Shown here: positions 46,218 through 54,786 of the stretch, piece by piece
Position numbering within the stretch: position 1 is the first letter of the stretch
How the letters are laid out: the number at the start of each line of letters is the position of its first letter
Source: Clostridiales bacterium
GTDB taxonomy: Bacteria > Bacillota > Clostridia > Oscillospirales > Oscillospiraceae
Reading direction: 5' to 3'
NCBI GenBank assembly: GCA_004558025.1
Contig: SFEG01000008.1
Coordinates: 13,909-77,908, forward strand
Length of the DNA: 64,000 nt
Notes under the pieces: generated by a model
The model's database searches: none
What the model saw: only the letters and a program-made list of their open reading frames with translations
Told to the model about the DNA's origin: nothing
Position numbers and translations under genes: made by a program

Positions 46218-47114
46218 ATGATCGAATTTTTACATAACAATTTGACTTATCTGCTGTCGGGCATATCCGTGGGCGGTCAGTATGCCCTTATCGCCATCGG
46301 CTACACGATGGTATACGGCATACTCAGACTTATTAACTTTGCTCACGGCGATGTTTTCATGGTAGCAGGTCTTATTATGGTCTATGCCATAGCGGGCGGG
46401 CTGCCGATGTGGCTGTCGATAATTCTGGTGCTCGTGCTCACAGTAGTGCTCGGTGTCGTCATTGAGCGCGTCGCGTACAAGCCTTTGAGATCCTCGCCGC
46501 GTATGTCGGTCATGATCTCCGCTATCGGCGTATCGTACCTGCTGCAAAACTGTGCACTGTACTTCACCGGCGGCCTGCCGCGCTCGTACCCCTCCATTCC
46601 GTTTCTGTCCAAGCAGATAACGATCTGGGGCGCAACGACCAAGATGGTAACGCTTATTACTCCGATACTTACGGTAGTGCTTATTTTTGCTCTGGTGTTC
46701 CTTATAAACCATACCAAGATAGGCATGGCCATGCGTGCCGTCGCAAAGGATTTTGAGACGAGCCAGCTCATGGGTGTCAAGATAAACTCCGTTATATCCT
46801 TTACCTTTGTTATCGGCTGCTTCCTTGCTGCCGTCGGCTCGCTGCTTTATTTCTCAAACTACACGACCGTCGTTCCGACCTCCGGCGCGATGCCGGGCCT
46901 TAAGGCCTTCGTTGCGGCCGTTTTCGGCGGCATCGGCTCTATCCCCGGCGCGGTCATAGGTGCGTTTATAATCGGTATCTGCGAAAATATCATCAAGTCA
47001 TTCGGCGAGGGCTGGACTGTGTTCTCCGACGCGTTCACCTTCGTCCTGCTGATAGTTATCCTCCTCGTTAAGCCCACCGGCATCTTTGGCGAGAAGGCAA
47101 CGGATAAGGTGTGA
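46218..47114 (+). CDS. livH: Branched-chain amino acid ABC transporter permease (LivH family)
   Basis: Multi-pass membrane protein; LINFAHGD motif. Confidence 0.9.
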   Translation: MIEFLHNNLTYLLSGISVGGQYALIAIGYTMVYGILRLINFAHGDVFMVAGLIMVYAIAGGLPMWLSIILVLVLTVVLGVVIERVAYKPLRSSPRMSVMISAIGVSYLLQNCALYFTGGLPRSYPSIPFLSKQITIWGATTKMVTLITPILTVVLIFALVFLINHTKIGMAMRAVAKDFETSQLMGVKINSVISFTFVIGCFLAAVGSLLYFSNYTTVVPTSGAMPGLKAFVAAVFGGIGSIPGAVIGAFIIGICENIIKSFGEGWTVFSDAFTFVLLIVILLVKPTGIFGEKATDKV

Positions 47115-47124
47115 GGTGACGGTA

Positions 47125-48354
47125 ATGAAAACAATGAACGATACCAAAGTCCTCAGAACTCCGGACGAAGTTGCGAAGCGCCAGGGTATGTGGCTGACGA
47201 TAGTTGCCCTTGTTATACTGTACGTTGCGCTGTTTGCGCTCGATAACTTTATAAAGCCCTCAAAATTTACGCTTATGCTCATCCCCGTGCTCAAAAAGGG
47301 CGCGATATATTCGCTGGTGTGCGTGTCCATGAACCTGCTCAACGGCTTCACTGGTCTGTTCTCGCTCGGCCAGGCGGGCTTTATGCTCATCGGCGCTTAT
47401 GCCTATGCGATATTCTCCATCCCTGCTGCTCAGCACGCATCGGTATATCAATACTTCGACGGCGGTGCTATCCAGTTTTCAATCCCCGAGCTTCTCGGAA
47501 ACGCGCTGGGCGTCAACCTGGGCAGCTTTCTGGGCGCAGTGATCTGCATCATAATAGCCGGCCTCGCCGCAGCTGTGTTCGCGGCGCTCATCGGCATCCC
47601 CGTGCTGCGCCTGAAGAGCGATTATCTCGCCATTGCGACCCTCGGCTTTGCCGAGATCATACGCGCGATTTTCCAGTGGAACGGCCTCGGCGTTATCACA
47701 AACGGCTCGAACCTTCTGCGCAAGTATACAGCCTTCGGCGATATGAAGATACAGCTTGGCTCGCAGGTGTTCAAGCTCAGCACCACATTCCCGTTCCTCA
47801 TAGCGATGATCGGAATAATCATCATCGTATTGCTTATAAATTCCTCCTATGGCCGCGCGTTCAAGGCCATCCGTGACGACGAGGTCGCGGCGGAGGCAAT
47901 GGGCATTGACCTGTTTAAGCACAAGATGCTGTCGTTTGTAATCTCCAGCTTCTTTGCCGGTGTCGGCGGTGCGCTTCTTGCAATGTTCCAGACGACCGTT
48001 CAGGCCTCGGCCTTTATGTCGGCAATGACCTATGAGATTCTGCTGATCGTCGTTATCGGCGGTATCGGCTCCGTTTCCGGCAGCTGCATCGCAGCGTTCC
48101 TGTACATCGCGTGCTCCGAGTGGTGGCTCCGTTTCCTCGACTCCGGCATGCTGCCCTTCGGCAATATTCAGGTCAGCTTCTTCCGCGACGGCTTCCGCAA
48201 GGTCGTGTTCTCCGTCGTCATTATGATAATCGTTCTGTTCTTCTCGCAGGGCATCATGGGCAATAAGGAGCTGTCCTTTGCCGGACTTATCAGAAAGATA
48301 AAAGCCAAAAAGGCCACCAAGGCCGAAAAAGCTCAAGAGGGAGGTGCTGCGTAA
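47125..48354 (+). CDS. livM: Branched-chain amino acid ABC transporter permease (LivM family)
   Basis: NLLNGFTGLFSLGQAGFM motif. The start was set to ATG 47125 (GAGGTGA upstream). The track ORF starts at 47086, inside livH. Confidence 0.88.
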   Translation: MKTMNDTKVLRTPDEVAKRQGMWLTIVALVILYVALFALDNFIKPSKFTLMLIPVLKKGAIYSLVCVSMNLLNGFTGLFSLGQAGFMLIGAYAYAIFSIPAAQHASVYQYFDGGAIQFSIPELLGNALGVNLGSFLGAVICIIIAGLAAAVFAALIGIPVLRLKSDYLAIATLGFAEIIRAIFQWNGLGVITNGSNLLRKYTAFGDMKIQLGSQVFKLSTTFPFLIAMIGIIIIVLLINSSYGRAFKAIRDDEVAAEAMGIDLFKHKMLSFVISSFFAGVGGALLAMFQTTVQASAFMSAMTYEILLIVVIGGIGSVSGSCIAAFLYIACSEWWLRFLDSGMLPFGNIQVSFFRDGFRKVVFSVVIMIIVLFFSQGIMGNKELSFAGLIRKIKAKKATKAEKAQEGGAA

Positions 48355-49199
48355 TGAGCAACAATGTTCTCCACGTTGAAAATGTTACGATGCAGTTCGG
48401 CGGCGTCGTCGCCGTCAACAACCTCTCGCTTGATATCCCCGAGGGCAAGATAGTCGCCCTAATAGGCCCCAACGGCGCAGGTAAGACCACTGCGTTTAAC
48501 TGCATCACCGGCGTTTACGAGCCCACTAACGGCCTTGTTGAGTTCATGGGCAAGCCCATCGTGCGCAACCATCCGCAGGGCAAGATGAAGAAAAATTATA
48601 AGGGCGAAAACGGCGATATGTACCTCGGCAAGGTCGTTGCCAATACGCCCGACAAGATAACCCGGCAGGGCATAGCGCGTACCTTCCAGAACATAAGGCT
48701 TTGGAAGAGCATGACCGTTTTTGAAAACGTCCTCATCGCAAAGCACATGCACGCAAAGCAGAATGTTTTCTCCGCGACCTTCCGCGGCAACGCCAAGGAG
48801 GAAAAGCGCATGCGCGAGGAGACAATGGAGCTTCTGCGCGAGCAGGGTCTTGATAAATACAAGGACGAGTTAGCGACCAGTCTGCCCTACGGTCTGCAGC
48901 GCCGCCTTGAGATAGCGCGCGCACTGGCTGCCGACCCGAAGCTTCTGCTTCTTGATGAGCCGGCCGCCGGCATGAACCCGCAGGAAACGCTTGAGCTTGC
49001 GCAGTTTATCCGCGAGATACGCGAAAAGCATAACCTTACGGTATTCCTCATCGAGCATCACATGGAGCTCGTCATGCAGATATCCGACTATATCTACGTC
49101 ATCGACTTCGGCTCGGAGATCGCTCAGGGCACGCCTAAGGAAGTTCAGAATAATCAGCGCGTCATTGACGCGTATTTGGGGGTTGTTGAAGATGAGTGA
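48354..49199 (+). CDS. livG: Branched-chain amino acid ABC transporter ATP-binding protein (LivG family)
   Basis: Walker A GPNGAGKTT, signature LPYGLQRRLEIA, Walker B LLLLDEPAAGM. Confidence 0.92.
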   Translation: MSNNVLHVENVTMQFGGVVAVNNLSLDIPEGKIVALIGPNGAGKTTAFNCITGVYEPTNGLVEFMGKPIVRNHPQGKMKKNYKGENGDMYLGKVVANTPDKITRQGIARTFQNIRLWKSMTVFENVLIAKHMHAKQNVFSATFRGNAKEEKRMREETMELLREQGLDKYKDELATSLPYGLQRRLEIARALAADPKLLLLDEPAAGMNPQETLELAQFIREIREKHNLTVFLIEHHMELVMQISDYIYVIDFGSEIAQGTPKEVQNNQRVIDAYLGVVEDE

Positions 49200-49902
49200 T
49201 ACTATACTGAAGATCAATGACCTCAAGGTCAATTACGGCGGCATCGAGGCCGTCAAGGGCATAAGCTTTGATGTTCCCGAGGGGCAGATAGTTACGCTTA
49301 TCGGCGCAAACGGCGCGGGCAAGAGCTCGACCCTGCGCGCGATAGCCGGCCTTGTAAAGCCCTCCGGCGGCTCGATAGAGTTCAGGGGCGAAAATATCAC
49401 CGGCCTTGACCCGACGTCCATCGTCACAAAGGGCATAACTCTCGTTCCGGAGGGACGCAAGATATTCCCAGACCTCACGGTTGTGGAAAATCTCAAGATC
49501 GGCGCGTACCTGCGCAACGACGATCTGACCGATGACCTCAACTGGGTCTACGACCTGTTCCCGAGGCTCAAGGAGCGCTCGTGGCAGGAGGGCGGCACGC
49601 TCTCCGGCGGCGAACAGCAGATGCTTGCGGTCGGCAGAGCGCTCATGAGCCGCCCGAAGGTCATCATGATGGACGAGCCGTCTCTCGGCCTTGCGCCCAT
49701 CATCGTGCGCGGCATCTTTGATATCATCAAGGAGATCAACAAGCGCGGCGTTACCGTTTTGCTGATCGAGCAGAACGCGAACATGGCGCTTAAGACAGCG
49801 CATATCGGCTATGTTCTTGAGACCGGCAGACTTACAATGTCGGGCTCGGGCGATGAGCTGCTTGCAAACGAGCAGATCAAGGCCGCATACCTCGGAACAT
49901 AA
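49192..49902 (+). CDS. livF: Branched-chain amino acid ABC transporter ATP-binding protein (LivF family)
   Basis: Walker A GANGAGKSS, signature LSGGEQQML, Walker B VIMMDEPSLGL. The start MSDTILKI lies at 49192, within the longer track ORF. Confidence 0.92.
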   Translation: MSDTILKINDLKVNYGGIEAVKGISFDVPEGQIVTLIGANGAGKSSTLRAIAGLVKPSGGSIEFRGENITGLDPTSIVTKGITLVPEGRKIFPDLTVVENLKIGAYLRNDDLTDDLNWVYDLFPRLKERSWQEGGTLSGGEQQMLAVGRALMSRPKVIMMDEPSLGLAPIIVRGIFDIIKEINKRGVTVLLIEQNANMALKTAHIGYVLETGRLTMSGSGDELLANEQIKAAYLGT

Positions 49903-49913
49903 CAATAATGCAA

Positions 49914-49946
49914 TAAAAAAAGACGCACTGCGGTGCGTCTTTTTTG
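49914..49946 (+). terminator. Rho-independent terminator of the liv operon
   Basis: agacgcac-tgcg-gtgcgtct followed by tttttt. Confidence 0.85.
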
Positions 49947-49994
49947 CGCTTATAAAGCATTTAATGTAAACAGGAGGATGAAAAAGTCTTTTTG

Positions 49995-50046
49995 TTGACA
50001 AAACCTCCGCGTTAGCGTAAACTAACATAAGTTAGGCGAACCTAAC
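49995..50046 (+). promoter_or_regulatory. feoAB promoter with overlapping TTAG/CTAA inverted repeats (candidate metalloregulator operator)
   Basis: TTGACA (49995-50000), 17 nt, TAAACT (50018-50023). The palindromes CTAAC-ataa-GTTAG and GTTAGG-cgaa-CCTAAC (50031-50046) follow. Confidence 0.5.
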
Positions 50047-50073
50047 ACATTGGCCGTGCCATGGAGGTTTTTT

Positions 50074-50307
50074 ATGACACTTGATAAGCTGCCGATAGGC
50101 AAGCCCGCAATAATTCTGACCGTTGGAGGCGAGGGAGACCTGCGCTGCCACCTGCTCGATATGGGCCTGATACCGCACACCGAGGTTACGGTGCGTAAGG
50201 TCGCGCCGCTCGGCGACCCGATGGAACTGCATCTTCGGGGCTACACGATGACCCTGCGCAAGGAAGATGCCGCCCGCATCGAGGTGCGACCCAAGGAGGA
50301 GATATAG
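50074..50307 (+). CDS. feoA: FeoA family protein
   Basis: Small SH3-like sequence LLDMGLIPHTEVTVRKVAPLGDPMEL. ATG 50074 with GGAGG upstream. Confidence 0.88.
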   Translation: MTLDKLPIGKPAIILTVGGEGDLRCHLLDMGLIPHTEVTVRKVAPLGDPMELHLRGYTMTLRKEDAARIEVRPKEEI

Positions 50308-50309
50308 CT

Positions 50310-52319
50310 ATGCTGCTTGCTCTTGTCGGAAACCAGAACTGCGGCAAAACAACGCTCTTCAATCAGCTCACCGGCTCGAATCAGCACGTCGGTAATTTTC
50401 CGGGAGTCACCATTGAGCACAAGATTGGACAGGTCATTGGTTGGAAAAACTACGATCTTGTCGACCTGCCGGGCATATACTCCATCCGCCCGTACTCCGG
50501 CGAGGAAAAAGTGACGCGCGATTTCATAATCGACCGCAAGCCGGACGCGATAATCAACATCGTCGACGCGACGAATATAGAGCGAAACCTGTATCTGACG
50601 CTTCAGCTAATCGAGATGGGCAAGCCCATGGTGCTTGCGCTGAATATGATGGATGAGCTTTTGGGCAACCACGGAAGCGTTGATATACAAAAGCTGTCCG
50701 ACAGGCTGGGCATACCCGTCGTGCCGATAGCGGCCGCGAAAAACGACGGCGTTGACGAGCTTATGCGCGTCGTTGCCGAGACTGCCGAGAATGCGCGCAA
50801 GCCGCGCAGGATAGACTTCTGCTCGGCGGGCCCTGTGCACCGCTGCATACATACCGTAAGCCACGTCGTTGAAGATCACGCCGATAAAATAGGTGTGCCC
50901 TCGCGCTTTGCTGCGACGCGCGTTATCGAAGAGGACGATGAGATAATCTCCGCACTCAAGCTCAGCGAAAACGAGCTCGAGCTCATCGGCCACGCGGTGC
51001 TTGAAATGGAGAGCGAGGGCGGGCTTGACCGCAACGCCGCTCTTGCCGAGATGCGCTATCGCTTCATCGAGGCCGTGTGCTCCGAGTGCGTCGTCAAGGC
51101 GCACGAGAGCAGAGAGATGCTGCGCAGCGTTAAAATAGACAAGGTGCTTACGAATAAATACCTTGCCATCCCTACGTTTATAGCCATCATGGGCTTTATA
51201 TTCTGGATGACGTTCAGCGTTTTGGGGAAGTGGCTGTCTGATCTTCTCGCGCTCGGCATAGACAGCGTGACGCAGCTTGTGGACGATGCGCTGACGGCAT
51301 ACGGGTTAAACCCCGTCGTGCACAGCCTTGTTATTGACGGCGTATTTGCCGGCGTGGGCAGCATGCTGAGCTTTTTGCCCATTATCGTTGTGCTGTTTTT
51401 CTTCCTGGCTATTTTGGAGGACACGGGCTACATGGCGCGCGTTGCGTTTGTTATGGATAAGCTTCTGCGCCGCATAGGTTTGTCCGGCCGCAGCTTTGTC
51501 CCTATGCTCATAGGCTTCGGCTGCTCCGTTCCGGCCATTATGGCAACGCGCACGCTCTCGTCCGAGCGCGACCGCAAGATGACTATGCTGCTCATCCCGT
51601 TTATGAGCTGCTCTGCCAAAATACCCATTTACGCAGTGTTCACTGCGGCGTTTTTCCCGAATAACGGTGGCCTCGTCATGACCTGCCTGTATGTTTTCGG
51701 CATGCTCGTGGGAATAATAGCGGCGAAGGTACTGAGCAAAACGGCATTTACCGGTAAGCCCGTGCCCTTTGTCATGGAGCTTCCCAATTACCGCCTGCCG
51801 TCGCTTAAAACCGTGCTGCTGCTCATGTGGGAAAAGGCATGGGATTTCATCCGCCGCGCGTTCACCGTCATTTTCGCGGCGACGATCGTCATATGGTTTT
51901 TGCAGAACTTCGATGTTCGACTCAACGTTGTCGGACAGGGGAGCGGCGACAGTCTGCTTGCCATCATCGGCACATGGCTCGCGCCGATATTTGCGCCCCT
52001 CGGCTTCGGCGACTGGCGCGTTGCGACGGCGCTCGTCACAGGCCTTATGGCCAAGGAGGCCGTAATAAGCACTCTCGGCGTTCTCATGGGCGTCGGAGCG
52101 AATCTGAGCAGCGCGGCGCTGGGTACACTTTTCACGCTGCGCTCGGCGGTGAGCTTCCTCGTGTTCTGCCTGCTGTATACGCCCTGCGTGGCCGCTCTTG
52201 CGGCGCTCAGACGCGAGCTCGGCAGCGGGGTCAAAACCATACTCGTCATGATCTCGCAGTGCTGTGTGGCGTGGCTGGCGGCCTTCTGCGTGTATATGCT
52301 TATAGGGGTGATCTTCTGA
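50310..52319 (+). CDS. feoB: Ferrous iron transport protein B
   Basis: G-domain GNQNCGKTTLFN and DLPGIYS, followed by a polytopic membrane domain. Confidence 0.95.
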   Translation: MLLALVGNQNCGKTTLFNQLTGSNQHVGNFPGVTIEHKIGQVIGWKNYDLVDLPGIYSIRPYSGEEKVTRDFIIDRKPDAIINIVDATNIERNLYLTLQLIEMGKPMVLALNMMDELLGNHGSVDIQKLSDRLGIPVVPIAAAKNDGVDELMRVVAETAENARKPRRIDFCSAGPVHRCIHTVSHVVEDHADKIGVPSRFAATRVIEEDDEIISALKLSENELELIGHAVLEMESEGGLDRNAALAEMRYRFIEAVCSECVVKAHESREMLRSVKIDKVLTNKYLAIPTFIAIMGFIFWMTFSVLGKWLSDLLALGIDSVTQLVDDALTAYGLNPVVHSLVIDGVFAGVGSMLSFLPIIVVLFFFLAILEDTGYMARVAFVMDKLLRRIGLSGRSFVPMLIGFGCSVPAIMATRTLSSERDRKMTMLLIPFMSCSAKIPIYAVFTAAFFPNNGGLVMTCLYVFGMLVGIIAAKVLSKTAFTGKPVPFVMELPNYRLPSLKTVLLLMWEKAWDFIRRAFTVIFAATIVIWFLQNFDVRLNVVGQGSGDSLLAIIGTWLAPIFAPLGFGDWRVATALVTGLMAKEAVISTLGVLMGVGANLSSAALGTLFTLRSAVSFLVFCLLYTPCVAALAALRRELGSGVKTILVMISQCCVAWLAAFCVYMLIGVIF

Positions 52320-52320
52320 C

Positions 52321-52461
52321 ATGGAAGTTATCATAATCGCCGTGCTGGTAATATGGCTCGTCCTCGCCCTGCGCAGTATGAAAAAGGGCAGAGGCTGCTG
52401 CGGCGGCAAATGCTCCGGCTGCTCGGGCGACTGCAAGGACTGCCGCGACTGCAAAAAATGA
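52321..52461 (+). CDS. FeoB-associated Cys-rich membrane peptide
   Basis: Not in the ORF track (46 aa): MEVIIIAVLVIWLVLALRSMKKGRGCCGGKCSGCSGDCKDCRDCKK. It starts 1 nt after the feoB stop. Confidence 0.75.
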   Translation: MEVIIIAVLVIWLVLALRSMKKGRGCCGGKCSGCSGDCKDCRDCKK

Positions 52462-52475
52462 TTTAATACGCAAAA

Positions 52476-52504
52476 AAGGTCAGGATGAAAATCCTGGCCT
52501 TTTT
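52476..52504. terminator. Terminator after the feo operon
   Basis: aggtcaggat-gaaa-atcctggcct followed by tttt. Confidence 0.75.
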
Positions 52505-52515
52505 ACTGTATGGAC

Positions 52516-52732
52516 TTATTTAAGCGCGTCGATTATTATTTCAAATGTCTCCTTCTCGCCGCCTGTGTTCGTGCCCTCGCCGTTCATGACATAGACGGGG
52601 AAGAGGTAGGTCTTGCCGTCGTGCTTAACGCTGTCGGCGTAGTAGCAGAGCGTGCAGTCCGTGATCTTTGCGTTTGTCAGATCGCCGGAAAAGCTCGGCG
52701 AGAAGAAAAGATATAAATCTACTGTGTTTCAT
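52516..52732 (-). pseudogene. Small ORF with a 5' frameshift (or a homopolymer sequencing error)
   Basis: A strong AAGGAG-N7-ATG at 52730-52732 opens a 37-codon Arg-rich frame. The adjacent frame (52516-52728) has genome-typical GC3 codons but no start codon. Deleting one A from ATGAAAC would fuse them. Confidence 0.5.
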
Positions 52733-53000
52733 AATTGTCTCCTTAAATTATTATGCCGTTGTGTGGAGCGCGGCTCCGCTGCCCATCGGAATCACCTCCA
52801 AATACCGTTTTCTTATCCCTTCATTTATATAGACAGTGAATTTCGGAAAAACAGGACAACTATTTTCGAATTTCCCGAATTCTGTCGCTATGCACAAAAA
52901 TTAAAATTCAATTTATGGATAATACACAATACATATTCATTTTTTGTATATTCCCTTATAAAACGGTCAACAATAGGCATAGATAAAGGAGGGTTTATCT

Positions 53001-53705
53001 ATGCAGAACGAAAAAAGCGGCAGACTGGATAAGTTTTTTGCCGGCAAGGGCTTCTACATAGTCCTTGCGCTATGTGTGATCGTGATAGGAATATCGGCCT
53101 ACAGCCTCGCAAAGGGCGCGGATACGCCGACGGACGGTTTGAATCCCGGCATGAGCGCCGCGCAGCAGACGCGCAGTCCCGAGCCGAGTGCGCAGCCGCC
53201 CGTGAGCACCAAGGCGCCGAAGCCGGTGGACGCTCCGAACGAGGAGGACGTTGTGTCCGCGGGAACGCTAACGCAGGACGATGTCTGGCCAGAGCAGACA
53301 ACGTGGAGATGGCCAGTGTCGGGCGAGATCGAGCGCGGATACAGCGTGGAGGCGCTCAGCTACGATGTTACCATGGCCGACTGGCGCACGCATGACGGCG
53401 TGGATATCCTCGCGCAGCAGGGCGAGGTGGTCGTCGCCGCGGGAGACGGCGAGGTAGTAAGCGTGACTCAGGACGATCTTTACGGCACAACGGTCATCAT
53501 CGACCACGGCAACGGGATAAAGACCACCTACTCAAACCTTGCCGATACTCCGACAGTCGCCGCCGGAGACAAGGTAAAGAGCGGAGATGTTATCGGCTCT
53601 GTCGGCAAAACGGCGCTGTGCGAGATAGGGCAGGGCAGCCACATGCACTTTGCCATGAGCCGCGACGGAGCGAGCGTTGACCCGATGGTGTATCTACCGA
53701 TATGA
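53001..53705 (+). CDS. M23 family (LytM-type) metallopeptidase with an N-terminal membrane anchor
   Basis: HDGVDI, GDKVKSGDVIGSVG and GSHMHFAM motifs. TM helix near the N-terminus. A SpoIIQ-like role is possible but unproven. Confidence 0.8.
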   Translation: MQNEKSGRLDKFFAGKGFYIVLALCVIVIGISAYSLAKGADTPTDGLNPGMSAAQQTRSPEPSAQPPVSTKAPKPVDAPNEEDVVSAGTLTQDDVWPEQTTWRWPVSGEIERGYSVEALSYDVTMADWRTHDGVDILAQQGEVVVAAGDGEVVSVTQDDLYGTTVIIDHGNGIKTTYSNLADTPTVAAGDKVKSGDVIGSVGKTALCEIGQGSHMHFAMSRDGASVDPMVYLPI

Positions 53706-53730
53706 ATTTGAAGAAAAATAAAAAAATGTG

Positions 53731-53759
53731 TTGACAATCTGGGCTGTGTCTTGTATAAT
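53731..53759 (+). promoter_or_regulatory. Consensus sigma-A promoter of the tRNA locus
   Basis: TTGACA, 17 nt, TATAAT (exact consensus). Confidence 0.7.
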
Positions 53760-53781
53760 TCCAATTGCTCATTTGAGAAAT

Positions 53782-53845
53782 GGCGGCATAGCTCAGTTGG
53801 CTAGAGCATGCGGTTCATACCCGCAGTGTCCCCGGTTCGAATCCA
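53782..53845 (+). pseudogene. tRNA-Met(CAU)-like 5' fragment lacking the 3' acceptor strand
   Basis: Acceptor GGCGGCA, D-arm GCTCAGTTGGCTAGAGC, anticodon arm TGCGG-TTCATAC-CCGCA and T-loop TTCGAAT are present. No TGCCGCC-A-CCA follows, and tRNA-Glu starts at once. Confidence 0.6.
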
Positions 53846-53920
53846 GGCCCGTTGGTCAAGCGGTTAAGACACCGCCCTTTCACGGCGGTAACATGGGTTC
53901 GATTCCCGTACGGGTCACCA
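53846..53920 (+). tRNA. tRNA-Glu (anticodon UUC)
   Basis: Full cloverleaf by hand folding: acceptor GGCCCGT/ACGGGTC, anticodon loop CTTTCAC, T-loop TTCGATT, encoded CCA. Confidence 0.9.
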
Positions 53921-53955
53921 AAAAGCCTTCACGCTTCTGCGTGAAGGCTTTTTTC
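53921..53955. terminator. Bidirectional terminator (tRNA locus / srtB)
   Basis: aaaagccttcacgc-ttct-gcgtgaaggctttt. Confidence 0.85.
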
Positions 53956-54691
53956 ATATCTTTTTTGCGACTACTATGAAGCGCCCGTCCTCGGCGTGAT
54001 ATGCACAGGTGGAGAGGGTGAGTATCTTATCGCCGGGCGAGAGTTCGGCATCGGTGTCGTAGAGCCTGTTTTCTTCAATGAATTTACCGTAGTCATTAAA
54101 CGAGTTCTCATCACCGCTGCCGGTGTATTCATAGTATTTGAAGCCGTCGCTGCCCTCGGGCACGAGCTCGGTCTTTATCGCAGCGACGATCTCATAGGTC
54201 TGCTTTTCGTATATCGTGTCAAAGCTTATGAGCTTGTGCTGCTTATAAAAATCCTCGCTGACATAGTACATGAGCGAGCCGAACATTGAATTATCCTTCA
54301 TGTTGTGCCCGTAGATTATCAGGTTGTCGGACGAGAGTATGTCGCAGTATTCGTCGACGAACAGGCAGCCGCGATAGGCGTAATTGCCGTAAAAATCCGT
54401 GTGCAGATACTTGTCGATCTCGTCGGGCGCGTACATAACGACGTTGTCTATGCCCGTTCCGTCTATCTTCAGCCAGCCGATGGTGTCGGGGTTTTCGGCA
54501 TACAGCGCTTCATATTCCGGCAGAATATCGGGCAGGGAAGAGCTTGCCTGTGCATCCTTGAGGCCTTTGAGCTTATCGTCGGTGCGCTTGCTGCGCAGAT
54601 CGTCGACCGTGTAGAATATCAGGACGCCGACAGAGACGATGAGCGCTATTAAAGCTATCAGGCGTGTGATTTTTCGCAAATTTATGTTCAT
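53954..54691 (-). CDS. srtB: Class B sortase
   Basis: N-terminal TM anchor, IYGHNM motif and catalytic TLSTC motif. Length and pattern are typical of SrtB. Confidence 0.9.
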   Translation of the reverse strand: MNINLRKITRLIALIALIVSVGVLIFYTVDDLRSKRTDDKLKGLKDAQASSSLPDILPEYEALYAENPDTIGWLKIDGTGIDNVVMYAPDEIDKYLHTDFYGNYAYRGCLFVDEYCDILSSDNLIIYGHNMKDNSMFGSLMYYVSEDFYKQHKLISFDTIYEKQTYEIVAAIKTELVPEGSDGFKYYEYTGSGDENSFNDYGKFIEENRLYDTDAELSPGDKILTLSTCAYHAEDGRFIVVAKKI

Positions 54692-54706
54692 TCCGTGTTC
54701 CTCGGG

Positions 54707-54744
54707 AAAATAAAAATAGGAGCGGCTTTCGCCACTCCTATTTT
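54707..54744 (-). terminator. Hairpin with T-run between the surface-protein gene and srtB
   Basis: ataggagtggc-gaaa-gccgctcctat on the minus strand, followed by tttttatttt. It lies only ~25 nt upstream of the srtB start. Confidence 0.6.
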
Positions 54745-54786
54745 ATATGCACTATTGCAATAAGTCAACTAATCGCCCACATATGA

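Noticed and set aside
53728-53979. 83-aa plus-strand ORF in the track
   Set aside because: It is fully occupied by the tRNA-Met-like fragment, tRNA-Glu and a terminator hairpin.
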